From an uncultured Verrucomicrobiota bacterium (GTDB lineage: Bacteria > Verrucomicrobiota > Verrucomicrobiia > Limisphaerales > CAIQOK01), in contig CAIQOK010000034.1 in the NCBI GenBank assembly GCA_903873415.1, positions 43,962 to 107,961 on the forward strand: 64,000 nucleotides of DNA. The letters are read 5' to 3'. Of this stretch, positions 63,060 through 64,000 are shown in pieces (position 1 is the stretch's first letter; every line of letters starts with the position of its first letter). A model generated the notes under the pieces. The model saw only the letters and a list, made by a program, of their open reading frames with translations, had not been told where the DNA came from and did no database searches. The position numbers and the translations under genes were made by a program.

Positions 63060-63839
63060 TCAGGGTTTGGGAAGGATGATCGTCTGGCCCACCTTTAGCC
63101 TGCGAGCTGCCAAACCCGGGTTTGCCGCTTGAAGGGATTCCAGTTTGAGGCCGTTTTTCCGGGCTATGGCCGCCAGTGTTTCGCCTTGTTTCACAATGTA
63201 GGATCGCCCGGTCCCGTTGCGAGGCAAGGGATGAGGTGCTGTCTGGCCAATGCCGATGGGGTTGGTTTGTGGCGGGGAGACAGGCGCGGGGGCGGCGGTT
63301 CGGGCGGGTGCCAGAGGGGCAACCACAGCCCGGGTTGGCGGATTGGAAGAGTTGTGCAGGTTGGCCGAATAGGCTTTCCACTGCTCGATCTCCGCGCGCA
63401 GTTGTTTGTTTTCCTCAGCCAACCGCTCAAAGTCACGTTGCATGGCGGGTGTCACTGGCAGGGGGAGGACGGACTTGGCCAGATCCTGTTTGCAGTTGGT
63501 AATGTGCTGGCGAATGACCTCGGCATTGTCAGCCGAGGGGCGCAATTTGAGATATTGCTCGTAATGATAAATTGCCGACGCAGAGTCGGGTTCCTTTTCC
63601 TCATGCAGAATGCCCAGTTGAAAGTGGGCCGAGGCCGAGCGGGGGTTGACTTCAAGGGCCCGTTGAAACTCCTCGATGGCCCCGGGATAGTCCAGACCGC
63701 TGATGCAGTTTTTACCGGCCATGAAGTGGGATTCTTTCTCCTCCTCCATCTGGCTTTGGCTGGCGGGTTGGCAACCGTTCAGGCTCAAACTGAGCAGAAC
63801 GGCCGCCGTTGTGCGCCAAAACCACACCGTGAAAATCAT
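63060..63839 (-). CDS. Lipoprotein with TPR repeats, a coiled coil and a C-terminal LysM domain
   Basis: Lipobox LNGC; AIEEFQRALEVNP.SA.AHF.LG; YIVKQGETLAAIA...ANP...LKVGQTI.LP. Confidence 0.9.
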   Translation of the reverse strand: MIFTVWFWRTTAAVLLSLSLNGCQPASQSQMEEEKESHFMAGKNCISGLDYPGAIEEFQRALEVNPRSASAHFQLGILHEEKEPDSASAIYHYEQYLKLRPSADNAEVIRQHITNCKQDLAKSVLPLPVTPAMQRDFERLAEENKQLRAEIEQWKAYSANLHNSSNPPTRAVVAPLAPARTAAPAPVSPPQTNPIGIGQTAPHPLPRNGTGRSYIVKQGETLAAIARKNGLKLESLQAANPGLAARRLKVGQTIILPKP

Positions 63840-64000
63840 GACCGGAAACTACTCGAAGCCCAAGCGACAAGCAACACGAGTTGAAAGATTGGGTCTGGTT
63901 AAGCGATCCAGTGGAGCTTTTAATGCAGTGGGGGTGATAGAGTGTTTTCATGCCGGGAGGAGGCGCGTTTGAATGGGGGCGAAAAACGGCGGGGGCAAGG

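Overview
GC-rich bacterial chromosome segment, mostly housekeeping genes. The gene content (a Verrucomicrobia/Planctomycetes-type conserved protein, H-X9-DG prepilin-like proteins, fused SecDF) suggests Verrucomicrobiota; this is an inference. Recognisable genes include an MMPL/HpnN-like transporter, mfd, rpsL-rpsG-fusA (no tuf), yajC-secDF-terC-exoD-recJ, mscS, selO, ispD, an S41 protease, tsaD, argG, thiD, polX, panC, nadB, tRNA-Lys(UUU), amt and P-II, trmL, truA, ruvX, rsmD and hpnA. The strongest candidate for an undescribed system is a minus-strand cluster (47165-58802) in which three different SPFH/HflKC-like genes sit directly upstream of a heavy-metal P1B-ATPase, with no ftsH in the window, and are flanked by ABC exporter-type genes and a helical membrane-anchored protein. 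Reading the DNA directly also revealed features missing from the ORF track: a 109-nt promoter-driven rod-shaped RNA upstream of ruvX (6S-like candidate), a 55-aa Cys/His-rich lipoprotein, a 54-aa basic protein with a sigma54-type promoter, a 44-aa membrane peptide, a homopolymer frameshift at the end of mfd, an IS3 relic next to a possible MITE, and a recurring leaderless-promoter layout. All family assignments come from motif recognition, not from database searches.
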